From positions 96,001 through 160,000 of the forward strand of contig CAWDTA010000001.1 of assembly GCA_963805085.1 (NCBI GenBank): a DNA stretch of 64,000 nt. The letters run 5' to 3'. The translations under genes and the position numbers were made by a program. Below are positions 28,840 to 39,134 of the stretch, piece after piece. Position 1 is the stretch's first letter, and the number at the start of each line of letters is the position of its first letter. The notes below the pieces were generated by a model, which saw nothing but the letters and a program-made list of their open reading frames with translations, was not told the DNA's origin and ran no database searches. The stretch is from an uncultured Veillonellaceae bacterium (GTDB taxonomy: Bacteria > Bacillota > Negativicutes > JARBTT01).

Positions 28840-31416
28840 ATGGGACAAGAAAAATATACACAAAGGGTCATGGCGGTATTGCAAGATACACAGCAAATGG
28901 CGGCACTTTATTATCATCAAGAGATTACAAGTTGCCATCTTTTACTTGCCTTAACCAAGGAAAGTGAAGGACTATTATATACTATTTTTAGTGAGTGCAA
29001 TGTCGATGTCAATATGTTAAAGGCTAGACTAGAGCAATTGCTAAAAAAACAACCAAGTGTACGTGGAGAAAATTTAGGCATTCGTATGAATAATGCGATG
29101 TTTCGTGTGCTTGCTTTAGCGGAAAAAACAGCAACGGACATGAAGGATGACTATATTAGTACAGAGCATTTATTGCTTGCGGTAGTCGACGATGGCGATA
29201 GCGATGTCGTCGATGTATGTAAAGAATTTGGCTTAAATAAAAGTAAAATAAAATCAACGATTAAAACACATCGCAGGGAAAATGTAACAAGTGATAATCC
29301 CGAAGAAGGCTATAAAGCTTTAGAAAAATATGGTCGTGATTTAACTGAGCAAGCAAAAAAAGGCAAACTGGATCCAGTTATTGGTCGTGATGATGAAATT
29401 AGACGATCCATTGAGATTTTATCAAGACGAACAAAAAATAATCCGGTGTTAATTGGGGAGCCTGGTGTTGGTAAGACTGCAATTGTTGAAGGTTTAGCAA
29501 GAAGAATCGTTGCCGGTGACGTTCCAGAGTCTTTAAAAAATAAAACGCTATATTCGTTAGATTTGGGTTCGATGGTCGCTGGTTCTAAGTTCAGAGGTGA
29601 ATTTGAAGAACGTTTGAAATCAGTTCTGAACGAAATAGCAAAATCCGAAGGTAAGATATTACTTTTTATTGATGAGCTGCATACTGTTGTTGGTGCTGGG
29701 GCGGCGGAAGGTGCTATGGATGCTGGTAATATTTTAAAGCCGATGCTAGCGCGTGGCGAACTTCGTTGCATCGGAGCGACGACGTTAAATGAGTATCGCA
29801 AATACATTGAAAAAGATACAGCATTAGAGCGACGTTTCCAGCCAGTATTTGTTGGACAGCCAACCGTAGAAGATACGATTTCTATTTTACGCGGATTGAA
29901 GGAGCGTTATGAAGTGCATCACGGGGTAAGAATTCGTGATACGGCCTTGGTATCGGCAGCTATATTATCGGATCGCTATATTTCGGATCGGTTTTTGCCA
30001 GATAAGGCAATTGATTTAGTGGATGAAGCCGCAGCAAAACTTCGTACTGAAATAGAATCTATGCCAAGTCAACTGGATGATGTACTTAGAAGAATTATGC
30101 AGCTTGAAATTGAAGAGCAAGCGTTAAAGAAAGAAAGCGATGCTCCTTCGAAAGAAAAGCTGGCTAGTATCATAACAGAAAAAGAGGGGCTTCAAGCGGA
30201 AGCTGACAGTTTAAAAGCAAAATGGGAAGGTGAAAAACAGGCTATTTTGCGCGTGCGGGCCATCAAAAAAGAACTAGATGCAGTGAAAAGCGAAATGGAA
30301 ACAGCAGAGCGCGCTTATGATCTGAATCGTTTATCAGAATTGAAATATGGTAAATTGCCGGAGCTAGAGAAACAATTACAAACAGAGGAGCAAGAGCTAG
30401 GGCAAAATAAAAAGGATAACCAACTGCTCAAAGAAGAAGTTGGTGAGGAAGATATCGCCAAAGTAGTTAGTCGTTGGACAGGCATACCGGTCACAAAAAT
30501 GCTGACTGGTGAACGTGAAAAATTGGTTCATTTACAAGATATTTTACACGAGCGTGTCGTTGGTCAAGAGGAAGCGGTTCGCGTAGTGAGTGAAGCAATT
30601 ATTAGGGCAAGAGCAGGGATCAAAGATCCTAATCGCCCAATTGGTTCTTTTATATTTCTCGGGCCAACTGGCGTAGGTAAAACAGAGCTTGCTAAAGCAT
30701 TGGCGGAATGTTTGTTTGATGATGAGAGAAATATTATTCGCTTAGATATGAGTGAGTATATGGAAAAACATTCTGTAGCACGTTTGATCGGTGCACCTCC
30801 AGGCTATGTTGGTTATGATGAAGGCGGACAATTAACCGAAGCTGTACGTCGTCGTCCTTACAGTGTCATCTTGCTTGATGAAATTGAAAAAGCACATACG
30901 GATGTATTTAATGTTCTACTGCAAATATTGGATGATGGACATTTAACTGACAGTAAAGGTAGAACCGTAAATTTCAAAAATACAGTGATCATTATGACCT
31001 CTAATTTAGGTTCGCATGAAATATTACAAAAAGATTTTACTGAAGCTGAAAAAGCTGTACTTGATATATTAAAAGATTATTTCAGACCAGAATTCTTAAA
31101 CCGTCTGGACGATATTATTGTCTTCAAAGGATTGGCAAAAGAACAGGTCAAAGCAATCGCTGGCATCTTATTGACTTCATTGAGCAAACGGCTAGAACGC
31201 CAAGTTAAAATTAATTTAAAATGGGATGATGAAGTTTTAAGTTTACTTGCCGAGCAAGGGTATGATGCTGCTTATGGGGCAAGACCACTTAGAAGATTGC
31301 TAAGTCGTGTAGTAGAAACGGAACTTAGTAAAAAAATTATCAAAGGTGAAGTTGCCGAAGGTGATAGTGTTATATTATCAGTTGTTGATGATGCATTTGC
31401 CTTTCGTGTAGACTAG
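28840..31416 (+). CDS. clpB: ATP-dependent chaperone ClpB
   Basis: Two AAA domains ([16 protein letters not shown]), long coiled-coil middle domain, GYVGY pore loop, YGARPL. Confidence 0.97.
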   Translation: MGQEKYTQRVMAVLQDTQQMAALYYHQEITSCHLLLALTKESEGLLYTIFSECNVDVNMLKARLEQLLKKQPSVRGENLGIRMNNAMFRVLALAEKTATDMKDDYISTEHLLLAVVDDGDSDVVDVCKEFGLNKSKIKSTIKTHRRENVTSDNPEEGYKALEKYGRDLTEQAKKGKLDPVIGRDDEIRRSIEILSRRTKNNPVLIGEPGVGKTAIVEGLARRIVAGDVPESLKNKTLYSLDLGSMVAGSKFRGEFEERLKSVLNEIAKSEGKILLFIDELHTVVGAGAAEGAMDAGNILKPMLARGELRCIGATTLNEYRKYIEKDTALERRFQPVFVGQPTVEDTISILRGLKERYEVHHGVRIRDTALVSAAILSDRYISDRFLPDKAIDLVDEAAAKLRTEIESMPSQLDDVLRRIMQLEIEEQALKKESDAPSKEKLASIITEKEGLQAEADSLKAKWEGEKQAILRVRAIKKELDAVKSEMETAERAYDLNRLSELKYGKLPELEKQLQTEEQELGQNKKDNQLLKEEVGEEDIAKVVSRWTGIPVTKMLTGEREKLVHLQDILHERVVGQEEAVRVVSEAIIRARAGIKDPNRPIGSFIFLGPTGVGKTELAKALAECLFDDERNIIRLDMSEYMEKHSVARLIGAPPGYVGYDEGGQLTEAVRRRPYSVILLDEIEKAHTDVFNVLLQILDDGHLTDSKGRTVNFKNTVIIMTSNLGSHEILQKDFTEAEKAVLDILKDYFRPEFLNRLDDIIVFKGLAKEQVKAIAGILLTSLSKRLERQVKINLKWDDEVLSLLAEQGYDAAYGARPLRRLLSRVVETELSKKIIKGEVAEGDSVILSVVDDAFAFRVD

Positions 31417-31421
31417 CACAG

Positions 31422-31463
31422 TAAAAAGGAGCACGATTTCAAAATGAAATCGTGCTCCTTTTA
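31422..31463. terminator. bidirectional terminator
   Basis: AAAAGGAGCACGATTTCA / TGAAATCGTGCTCCTTTT between convergent clpB and PTS genes. Confidence 0.85.
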
Positions 31464-31476
31464 TTATCCTTATAGA

Positions 31477-32298
31477 TTATGCTAGTAGACCACAAGCATA
31501 GCCGACAATACCAACTGCGAATAACCCGAAAATGATTAGTAGAGGATTCACGTTTTTCTTTAATAGATACATGCAAGCAAACGTTAATAATAAAGGTACA
31601 AGCCCAGGAATCAAGCTATCTAATACACTTTGAATCGTAGTCACAACTTCTTTTCCGTTCGCTGCTGTATATTTAGAAAGCACCATTGGCATATTAACAC
31701 TCGTCCATTTGGAAACCAATGCGCCCATAACTACAAGACCAAGTACGGCAGAACCTTCGGTAAGATATCTAAGTTTATTACCACCCATATCTGATACAAG
31801 TTGGGTGCCTTTTTCGTAACCATAGAAAACACCATACCAGTTTGTTGCCAGACGAATAATATTGAAACAAACGAAGAAAATTAATGGGCCAAGAATACTA
31901 CCGTTCAATGCAAAACCAGCGCCAAGTGCTGCGAGTACAGGACGTAATGTACCCCAGAATATAGGGTCACCAACACCGGCAAGAGGGCCCATAAGACCGA
32001 TTTTCACACCACTAATGGAAGCTTCGTCAATATTAGCGCCATTGGCTTTTTGTTCTTCCATTGCAGCTGTAATACCCATGATTGATGTAGCAACGAATGG
32101 TTGGGTATTAAAGAATTCGAGATGTCTTTTCAAAGCGAGTTTTAATTCTTCGCCTTGGTATAGTTTTTTGAGTACAGGGATTAAACTTACGCAAAATCCG
32201 ATGGATTGCATTCTTTCAAAGTTGAAGGACCCTAATAAGAAGTTAGAGCGAATGAACATTGAGACTAAGTCACTTTTTGTTACTTTTTTTTCAGTCAT
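31477..32298 (-). CDS. manZ: PTS mannose/fructose/sorbose family EIID
   Basis: SFNFERMQ, HLEFFNT, LMGPLAGVGDPIFWGT. Confidence 0.92.
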   Translation of the reverse strand: MTEKKVTKSDLVSMFIRSNFLLGSFNFERMQSIGFCVSLIPVLKKLYQGEELKLALKRHLEFFNTQPFVATSIMGITAAMEEQKANGANIDEASISGVKIGLMGPLAGVGDPIFWGTLRPVLAALGAGFALNGSILGPLIFFVCFNIIRLATNWYGVFYGYEKGTQLVSDMGGNKLRYLTEGSAVLGLVVMGALVSKWTSVNMPMVLSKYTAANGKEVVTTIQSVLDSLIPGLVPLLLTFACMYLLKKNVNPLLIIFGLFAVGIVGYACGLLA

Positions 32299-32318
32299 GA
32301 TAATATCCTCCTCATCAA

Positions 32319-33110
32319 TTATAATAAATCCGAATCGTCAACTCCATCAACGCCACTAGCATTAGCTACAGCTGCGTTACCTTGGTTTGCGATTGATTTA
32401 ATGTGGAATATTGCAGCGATTACACCGACAGCACCAAACCCAATTAAATTGAAGTTTGTAAAAGCTGCGAGTAAGAAACCGATGAAGAAGAAGGGCATAA
32501 GAGATTTTGCATTCATCATGTTAATAACCATTGCATACCCTACGACAACGATAAAGCCACCAGATACTTGTAAGCCTCTAGTGATAACTTCAGGGATAGA
32601 AGAAAGCATTGCATTCACTGCATCGGTACCGGCAAGTACACCTACGATTGCAGCAGGAACTGCAACACGAATACCTTGCAGCATAAGACCTAAAAAGTGA
32701 CACATTTCAATGCCTCTGGTATTTCCCTCAGCGGCGTATTTATCAGCTAAATGTTGAAAAAATACTGTGATTGTTCTAACAAAAATGGTAAGAACTTGAC
32801 CAGCAGCAGCAATTGGAATCGCAACTGCGATTCCAGCACCGATGGATTGATGTCCAACGATAACTAAGATGGCAGAAATAACACTGGCAAGTGCAGCATC
32901 TGGCGCCATTGCAGCACCAACGTTCATCCAGCCAAGTGCTAATAATTCTAAAGTACCACCAAGAATAATACCTGTTGTCATATCGCCTAATACAAGTCCA
33001 ACTAAAGTACAAGCGATTAATGGTCTATGTGTTTGTGCTTCATCTAGCACGCTTCCCATACCAGCAATTGCTGCAACTAATATTAATAAAATTAATTGTA
33101 AAGAGTCCAT
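32319..33110 (-). CDS. manY: PTS mannose/fructose/sorbose family EIIC
   Basis: HRPLIACTLVG, GGTLELLALGWMNVGAAMAPD, VVGYAMVINMM. Confidence 0.92.
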   Translation of the reverse strand: MDSLQLILLILVAAIAGMGSVLDEAQTHRPLIACTLVGLVLGDMTTGIILGGTLELLALGWMNVGAAMAPDAALASVISAILVIVGHQSIGAGIAVAIPIAAAGQVLTIFVRTITVFFQHLADKYAAEGNTRGIEMCHFLGLMLQGIRVAVPAAIVGVLAGTDAVNAMLSSIPEVITRGLQVSGGFIVVVGYAMVINMMNAKSLMPFFFIGFLLAAFTNFNLIGFGAVGVIAAIFHIKSIANQGNAAVANASGVDGVDDSDLL

Positions 33111-33158
33111 AATAAAATCTCCCCTCGTATATAAGATGTAATTTAAAATAGATTAATT

Positions 33159-33650
33159 TTAGAGTAGACCTTTTGCGTTGAGTGCATCCATAACATTTAC
33201 TTTGCTTTCTGATGCGAGCTTTCTGAGTTCAAGTTCAATGCCTTTTTCATGAAGTTTTTTTAATGAAGCAACATCTTCATCACCAACAGCAACGGCACTA
33301 GAAATAAGTGTTTTACCTTCTTTAAAGCACATGCCGCCAAGGTTAATGGAAGTAAAGGGAATGCCGCCTTCAACTGCTCTTAATGCATCGGTAGGATTCG
33401 TAAATAAAAATAAAGTTTTGAAACTATCATATTTGGGGTTTTTATAAGCTTCAATTAATTTGTCAATCGGTACAACGTAAGCTTTAATTCCTGGAGGGGC
33501 AACTTGCAATAATAACTGTTTTCTTAAACTATCAGCAGCAACTTCATCGCTACCACACATGATTCTGTTGCAACCTGAAGTTTTTGACCATACTGTGGCA
33601 ACTTGTCCGTGAATTAAGCGGTCATCAATTCTTACAAAACTAATTTCCAT
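33159..33650 (-). CDS. PTS mannose/fructose/sorbose family EIIB (stand-alone)
   Basis: RIDDRLIHGQV phospho-His motif, INLGGM. Confidence 0.93.
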   Translation of the reverse strand: MEISFVRIDDRLIHGQVATVWSKTSGCNRIMCGSDEVAADSLRKQLLLQVAPPGIKAYVVPIDKLIEAYKNPKYDSFKTLFLFTNPTDALRAVEGGIPFTSINLGGMCFKEGKTLISSAVAVGDEDVASLKKLHEKGIELELRKLASESKVNVMDALNAKGLL

Positions 33651-33827
33651 GATATTATCTCCCTCATTTTAATAGTCTGAGTCATAATCAGTCATTCTTA
33701 GCAAATTTAGTCCAATCATCTTGATAAGATGCGATAAAAAATAAGATCATTAAATTTTTAAAATGATAGAACAGAGTTGCTAAGCTTGATGTTTTTAGTA
33801 CACCTCCTTTTATTACTGATTAATATA

Positions 33828-33844
33828 TGCAAGAATGATGCCAA
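33828..33844 (-). promoter_or_regulatory. sigma54 (SigL) -24/-12 promoter of the PTS operon
   Basis: Minus strand reads TTGGCAT-CATTC-TTGCA; mannose-family PTS operons are commonly sigma54/LevR-ManR dependent. Confidence 0.85.
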
Positions 33845-33963
33845 TGCAGTGTATTGAAAATATTCATTTCTATGCATAAGATTTCATTTTATCAATAAAA
33901 TCAAGAGTCTGAAGATTATAAATATTTATAATAAAATAGATTTTAATTAACGAAAAGAAACTG

Positions 33964-34075
33964 AATTGACACACAAATTAAAATTAGTGATACAGATAAA
34001 AGGATGAAATGATATTTATAGAGAAAAATGATACTGAAATTTATCAATTAATACACAAATGCATAAAATGATTTA
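33964..34075. repeat. phased TGATACA-like repeats, candidate upstream activator sequence
   Basis: TGACACA 33967, TGATACA 33988, TGATATT 34010, TGATACT 34029, TAATACA 34049, TGATTTA 34069; spacing 19-22 bp. Confidence 0.4.
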
Positions 34076-34356
34076 TTTTAAATATAAACCGGTTAACAAA
34101 ATTAATCTTATAATTATGCATAAATATTCATTAAATGATAAAAATATTCAAAAAAAATCAAATCGTCAAAATTTAAATAATTACATTTTATAAAATAGTT
34201 AACGAAACAAAGAAAAAATGAAATTAAAGGTATAACTATACAACGGGTAGCAAAAGTTAAGGAATGCGCATAGTCTATTTTATCTAATTGAAAGGTTAAG
34301 ATTAGTTATTTAATGAAAGCTAAAGTTTGTTATAACTTCATAAAGGGGTTGAAGGT

Positions 34357-36207
34357 ATGTGTGGGATTACCGGTTGGCTTAATTGGGACGGTGGTTTAGA
34401 CTCGCGGCAAAATAGAAGAATTTTATCGAAGATGATAGAAACTTTGCAGTTACGTGGCCCAGATGACAATGGAGAGTATATCAAATCACAAGTTGCTTTT
34501 GGCCATCGGAGATTAAGTGTTGTTGATCCTGAAAATGGAGCCCAACCAATGGTGAAAAAATGTGGTCAATATGAATGCGTCATTACTTATAATGGCGAAC
34601 TTTATAATACGACAGAGCTCAGAAATGAATTAGAAGGAAAAGGATATCAGTTTGCTACAAATTGTGACACCGAGGTTTTGCTTGTTTCATATATTGAGTA
34701 TGGAACATCTTGTGTAAATAAATTAAATGGAATTTTTGCTTTCGGCATTTGGGATGAGGCCAAGGAAAGACTATTTCTGGCTCGCGATCGTATTGGTGTT
34801 AAGCCATTGTTTTATGCTGAAAGAGAAAAGCAATTTGTGTTTGGTTCAGAAATAAAAACATTGTTGGCGAATCCGTTAATTGAACCTAAGGTTGATATGG
34901 AAGGCTTAGCAGAAGTATTTATGGTTGGACCAGCGAGGACGCCGGGAAATGGTATCTTTCGTGGAATAGAAGAGCTAAAACCAGGCCATTCACTGATTTA
35001 CACTCGGAGTGGAAAGCGTACAATTCGTTACTGGTCGTTATTTAGTAAAGAGCATGAAGACGATTTTGATACAACGGTGCGAAAAGTAAAAGAATTATTG
35101 TTAGATACAGCGAAACGGCAAATGGTTGCAGATGTCAATGTATGTACTTTTTTATCGGGTGGCTTAGATTCTAGTGCTTTGACGGCACTTGCAGCAGATT
35201 ATTATAAAGAAAAAAATCTAGGACAACTATCAACGTATTCCGTGGATTATATCGATAATGAAAAGTACTTTAAAGCCAGTGCTTTTCAGCCAAATTCTGA
35301 TGCGCCATGGGTTGACCGTATGGTTGATGCTTATCAGACCGATCATCACAAGATTCTTGTTGATAATATTGAATTGGCGAAATCACTGAAAAAGGCGACG
35401 ATTGCAAGAGACTTCCCTGGTATGGCAGACGTTGATACCTCACTTTATCTGTTTTCGCGGGAAATAAAAAAAGGTGCAACAGTAGCTTTGTCAGGAGAAT
35501 GCGCAGATGAGGTATTTGGCGGTTATCCGTGGTTCTATCGTGAAGACATGATTCAAGCAGATGCCTTTCCTTGGTCACCAAGGCCGGCAATGCGACTTGA
35601 TTGGTTAAGTGATCATGTAAAATCAAGTTTAGATTTGGTTGATTACGCGCAAAGCCGCTACCAGGATGCTGTCAAGGAAGTACCGAAACTTGCTGGAGAA
35701 ACTAAGATGGAAGCGCGCATGCGGGAAATTTTTTATCTTAGTTTAACGAGATGGATGCCAACACTTCTAGATCGCAAAGACCGTATGAGTATGGCCTTTG
35801 GTTTGGAAGTGCGTGTGCCATATTGTGATCATCGTATTGTTGAATATGCATGGAATGTACCATGGAATATGAAGAACTACCAAAATCGCGAAAAGGGGCT
35901 GCTAAGAGAAGCTTTAACGGGTATACTACCTTATGATGTTTTATGGCGTAAAAAGAGTCCATATCCAAAGACCCATCATCCAGAATACTTGAATATTGTA
36001 CGTAATTGGGCTCTTGATATTTTGAAAGATAGTTCTTCACCTCTAGTACAGCTAGTTAATGTAGAAAAAATCAATGAAATTGCTAAAACTGATTTATCAG
36101 CCAGCAATATTCCGTGGTTCGGTCAATTGATGGGTGGAGCACAATTATTTGCCTATTTGATTCAAGTCGATACTTGGTTAAAACATTATAAGGTGCAAAT
36201 AATATAA
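34357..36207 (+). CDS. asnB: asparagine synthase (glutamine-hydrolyzing)
   Basis: MCGI Ntn start, RGPD, GHRRL, YNGELYN, LSGGLDSS, SGECADEVFGGY, LEVRVPY. Confidence 0.93.
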   Translation: MCGITGWLNWDGGLDSRQNRRILSKMIETLQLRGPDDNGEYIKSQVAFGHRRLSVVDPENGAQPMVKKCGQYECVITYNGELYNTTELRNELEGKGYQFATNCDTEVLLVSYIEYGTSCVNKLNGIFAFGIWDEAKERLFLARDRIGVKPLFYAEREKQFVFGSEIKTLLANPLIEPKVDMEGLAEVFMVGPARTPGNGIFRGIEELKPGHSLIYTRSGKRTIRYWSLFSKEHEDDFDTTVRKVKELLLDTAKRQMVADVNVCTFLSGGLDSSALTALAADYYKEKNLGQLSTYSVDYIDNEKYFKASAFQPNSDAPWVDRMVDAYQTDHHKILVDNIELAKSLKKATIARDFPGMADVDTSLYLFSREIKKGATVALSGECADEVFGGYPWFYREDMIQADAFPWSPRPAMRLDWLSDHVKSSLDLVDYAQSRYQDAVKEVPKLAGETKMEARMREIFYLSLTRWMPTLLDRKDRMSMAFGLEVRVPYCDHRIVEYAWNVPWNMKNYQNREKGLLREALTGILPYDVLWRKKSPYPKTHHPEYLNIVRNWALDILKDSSSPLVQLVNVEKINEIAKTDLSASNIPWFGQLMGGAQLFAYLIQVDTWLKHYKVQII

Positions 36208-36472
36208 GGCGATTGATTGATAAAACAGCTGTTTATAATTTTTAAGTCGATTTGGGTTAAAGATATAAATGTCTTAAATAGTAGAGAGAATTTTATAATG
36301 ATTATAAATAGAGTAAATTTTTAAATAAATTTACAAGGGTTATTGTTTATGGTAGTATGAATTTGTAGATAAATTAATCATTGATACGAAATAATATTAT
36401 AAGACGATGTTTTTACATTTTTATGATATCAGCGCTCGTTATGCTTGATTCTTTGCAATAAATTTTACAGAG

Positions 36473-36970
36473 GTGACTAAAGAGATGAATGTAGAATCAA
36501 TAGAAACAAAAATTGTAATTAGTGAAGTTATGATGCCAAGTAAAGCAAATGTTGCTGGTAATATTCATGGTGGAGAGATCATGAAGCTTATGGATTCGAC
36601 GGCCTATGCAGCGGCAAGAAGGTATGCCCAATCCAATGTAGTTACAGCTCGGGTAGATGAATTGGAGTTTCATTTACCAATTTTAATTGGTCATTTGGTT
36701 GTTTGTACTGCTGAAGTAGTTTTTATTGGGCGCTCCTCATTAGAAGTTGCGGTAGAAGTAGAAGTGGAAGATTTAGATCATAATGGTAAGCGTCAAAAGG
36801 CATTATCAGCTTATTTTACAATGGTAGCTTTAGATGAAAATGCTAGACCAAAATCAGTTCCACCACTGCCACTAAAGACGCAAGAATCCCAAGACAAATT
36901 TGCTGAGGGCAAACGTCGTTATGAAGAACATAAAGCGAAAAAACGCAGACAATTAGAAAAAGCTCAATAA
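36473..36970 (+). CDS. acyl-CoA thioesterase (hotdog fold, YciA/YkhA-like)
   Basis: ANVAGNIHGGEIMKLMD, VVTARVD, GRSSLEV, TMVALD. Confidence 0.9.
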   Translation: MTKEMNVESIETKIVISEVMMPSKANVAGNIHGGEIMKLMDSTAYAAARRYAQSNVVTARVDELEFHLPILIGHLVVCTAEVVFIGRSSLEVAVEVEVEDLDHNGKRQKALSAYFTMVALDENARPKSVPPLPLKTQESQDKFAEGKRRYEEHKAKKRRQLEKAQ

Positions 36971-36990
36971 AAATAAATAGACTTGAATAT

Positions 36991-37023
36991 AACGAAACCG
37001 TCACAATTTGTGACGGTTTCGTT
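36991..37023 (+). terminator. intrinsic terminator
   Basis: AACGAAACCGTCACAA / TTGTGACGGTTTCGTT perfect inverted repeat. Confidence 0.8.
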
Positions 37024-37154
37024 TCGTATATGAACGGAAAGCGATAATAGCTTTATAGATAAAATGAATAGTTATGATAAGAGGATAATATTAACAGAAG
37101 CTATATAGTCTAAGAAAATATTGAGTTTACAATTAATAGTTGTAGTGTGATGAT

Positions 37155-37267
37155 ATGAGATATTTAAAAATACTAAGAAAAACAGAAAATTTAATATGCC
37201 TAGTCTAGAACAAATGAGAAATATACTATATAATAAATATTCTGTAAATTCAGACTAATTGTGCGGT
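37155..37267 (+). pseudogene. possible XRE-family HTH regulator remnant
   Basis: MRYLKILRKTENL (37155, resembles XRE helix 1), then in another frame MPSLEQMRNILYNKYSVNSD*LCG (37196, resembles PS.E.L..I...F.VS.DWL.G); middle helices missing. Confidence 0.4.
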
Positions 37268-37428
37268 GTTTGGATTTTTTTACTATAAAATAATTGCAAT
37301 TCTATATAAAAAGTCGTATTATAATAAAAAGAATAAATTTAAAACGTATGCTGAGTATACGGAAATATTACATTTATTAACAATAGATACATGCGGAATA
37401 TATATAATTTTAAGGGGGAATTTTAAAA

Positions 37429-38442
37429 ATGAAAATAATTGAAACAAAAGAATTTGATGTGAAATTGATTGATGCAACTGCCATAGTTGAAACAGAAATA
37501 AGGGACAAGCAAAAAGCGGATGAAAACCACCAAAAAGGATATGAAGAAGATATAAAAAATATAGGTAATACAATTGGTAAAGTAGGGCAATTATATCCTA
37601 TCTTGATAAGAAAATTGACAAAAGAGGAAAAAGAAAAGTCCGATAAAAAGACGGCTATATACGGAATTATTGATGGTCATACACGTTTTGCTGCTAATCA
37701 AAAAAATAAAATATATGCTGCTGTTGTTGAGTTAGATGAAAATGAAGATCAGAAAAAACTTGCTTTGATTGCTAATTTTGCAAAGTCTGAAATGACTATG
37801 GATGATAAAGCAGAAGCTGTGTATCAAGAGCAAGAACGACTAAAACGATTGTCAGAAGATAATGTAAAGTTAGGAAAGAAAAAAATAAGTTCGTCTCTTG
37901 AAACATTAGCGCGTACCTTTGGGATAAGTAAAGGATATGTTCAGAAACTTATAAGTTATCATAATCAAAAGATGAAACAAGCAAAAGATGATGATAATAA
38001 AAATGATGGTAATGCAAAAACTAGGATGAACGATTTTACAGATAAGTATGAATTAAAAATCAATGATATCAAAAGTAGCATGAAAGTTATTATAGAAGAT
38101 ACTGATGCGAATCTGGCTTTAGATAGTATTAAAGAAGTAAAAAAATTCACTAAAGAAATTATAGAATATCTTAACTACATAGAAGAACATAAGCCAGAAA
38201 TAAAAGCCGCTAAGAAAAGAAAAGAAGAAATAAAAAAGGCAACAAAAGAGTTTGAGCATAAAAAAGAAAAATTCGAAAAATTACAAGGAAAAATCGAAAA
38301 GCTTCAGAAAAAATTAAATGCAGAAACCAATAAAAAAAATAAGGATAAGCTACAAAAAAATATAAATCAAAAGCAGCAAGAATACAATCATCTTAAAATA
38401 GAACTTGAAAATTTAGAACAAATAATAAGTCCAGCAGCATAA
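37429..38442 (+). CDS. orphan ParB-like protein (ParB/Srx N-domain, HTH, Lys/Glu-rich coiled coil)
   Basis: GQLYPILIR, YGIIDGHTRFAA, ALIANFAK, HTH-like LETLARTFGISKGYVQKLI; very A-rich coding; RBS AAGGGGG. Confidence 0.7.
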   Translation: MKIIETKEFDVKLIDATAIVETEIRDKQKADENHQKGYEEDIKNIGNTIGKVGQLYPILIRKLTKEEKEKSDKKTAIYGIIDGHTRFAANQKNKIYAAVVELDENEDQKKLALIANFAKSEMTMDDKAEAVYQEQERLKRLSEDNVKLGKKKISSSLETLARTFGISKGYVQKLISYHNQKMKQAKDDDNKNDGNAKTRMNDFTDKYELKINDIKSSMKVIIEDTDANLALDSIKEVKKFTKEIIEYLNYIEEHKPEIKAAKKRKEEIKKATKEFEHKKEKFEKLQGKIEKLQKKLNAETNKKNKDKLQKNINQKQQEYNHLKIELENLEQIISPAA

Positions 38443-38522
38443 ATTAATAAAATTATTGCTGGATTAATGCCCAATATAAAGTTGAATAGCATAATTTAAG
38501 TCGTCTATAGAGTGGAATGGTG

Positions 38523-38563
38523 AAAAATGAGTCAACTGATTTTTAGTCGGTTGGCTTATTTTT
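38523..38563 (+). terminator. intrinsic terminator
   Basis: AAAAATGAGTCAACTGATT / AGTCGGTTGGCTTATTTTT. Confidence 0.65.
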
Positions 38564-38634
38564 GTGTAAAGAAGCCCTCTCGCTTTGATAAGCGATTTCA
38601 TATACTTTATTAAAGAAGGAGTGGAAGAAGATAT

Positions 38635-39018
38635 ATGAGTAAATGGTTTGATGAATCAGAATTTGTTTGTAAATGCTGTGGGCAGTTACCACCTAATGGT
38701 ATTGATCAAAATCTTTTAAATCTATTAGATGATATTCGCGAAGCAGTCGGTACGTCTTTAATTGTGAATTGTGGTTATAGGTGCGCGCAGCATAATGCAG
38801 AAGTTGGTGGAGTACCAGATAGTCAGCATAACGGAAATCCTTGTACAGCTGCTGATGTTGATGCAACAGATGTTGGCGTAGAAGAACTAGCACAATTGGC
38901 AGAAACGGCGGGTGCCGATGGTGTAGGTCGCTATTTTGGCGAGGCGGGTACTTTCTGTCACATCGATGTAAGAAGCGGAAGAATTGGCGATAGGTTTAGA
39001 TGGACAGAAGGGGCATGA
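38635..39018 (+). CDS. peptidase M15A-type (Peptidase_M15_3) Zn metallopeptidase
   Basis: F..SEFVCKCCG, GYRC..HN..VGG...SQH, AADV, HIDVR; RBS AAGGAG. Confidence 0.85.
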   Translation: MSKWFDESEFVCKCCGQLPPNGIDQNLLNLLDDIREAVGTSLIVNCGYRCAQHNAEVGGVPDSQHNGNPCTAADVDATDVGVEELAQLAETAGADGVGRYFGEAGTFCHIDVRSGRIGDRFRWTEGA

Positions 39019-39084
39019 TTTCAAGCAAATAGCTGTAAACAAGAAGCTGAAATAATTAATTTATTGATCGATGTGTAAAATTAC

Positions 39085-39113
39085 TTGCTAAAAATAAACC
39101 GTTATGTTATCCT
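39085..39113 (+). promoter_or_regulatory. sigmaA-type promoter of the leuA leader
   Basis: TTGCTA-N17-TATCCT with extended TG. Confidence 0.55.
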
Positions 39114-39134
39114 GTAATTGATATTTGAAATACA

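Noticed and set aside
34357-36207. asnB as a lasso-peptide cyclase
   Set aside because: It has an intact N-terminal Cys glutaminase domain, and no precursor, RRE or protease genes lie nearby.
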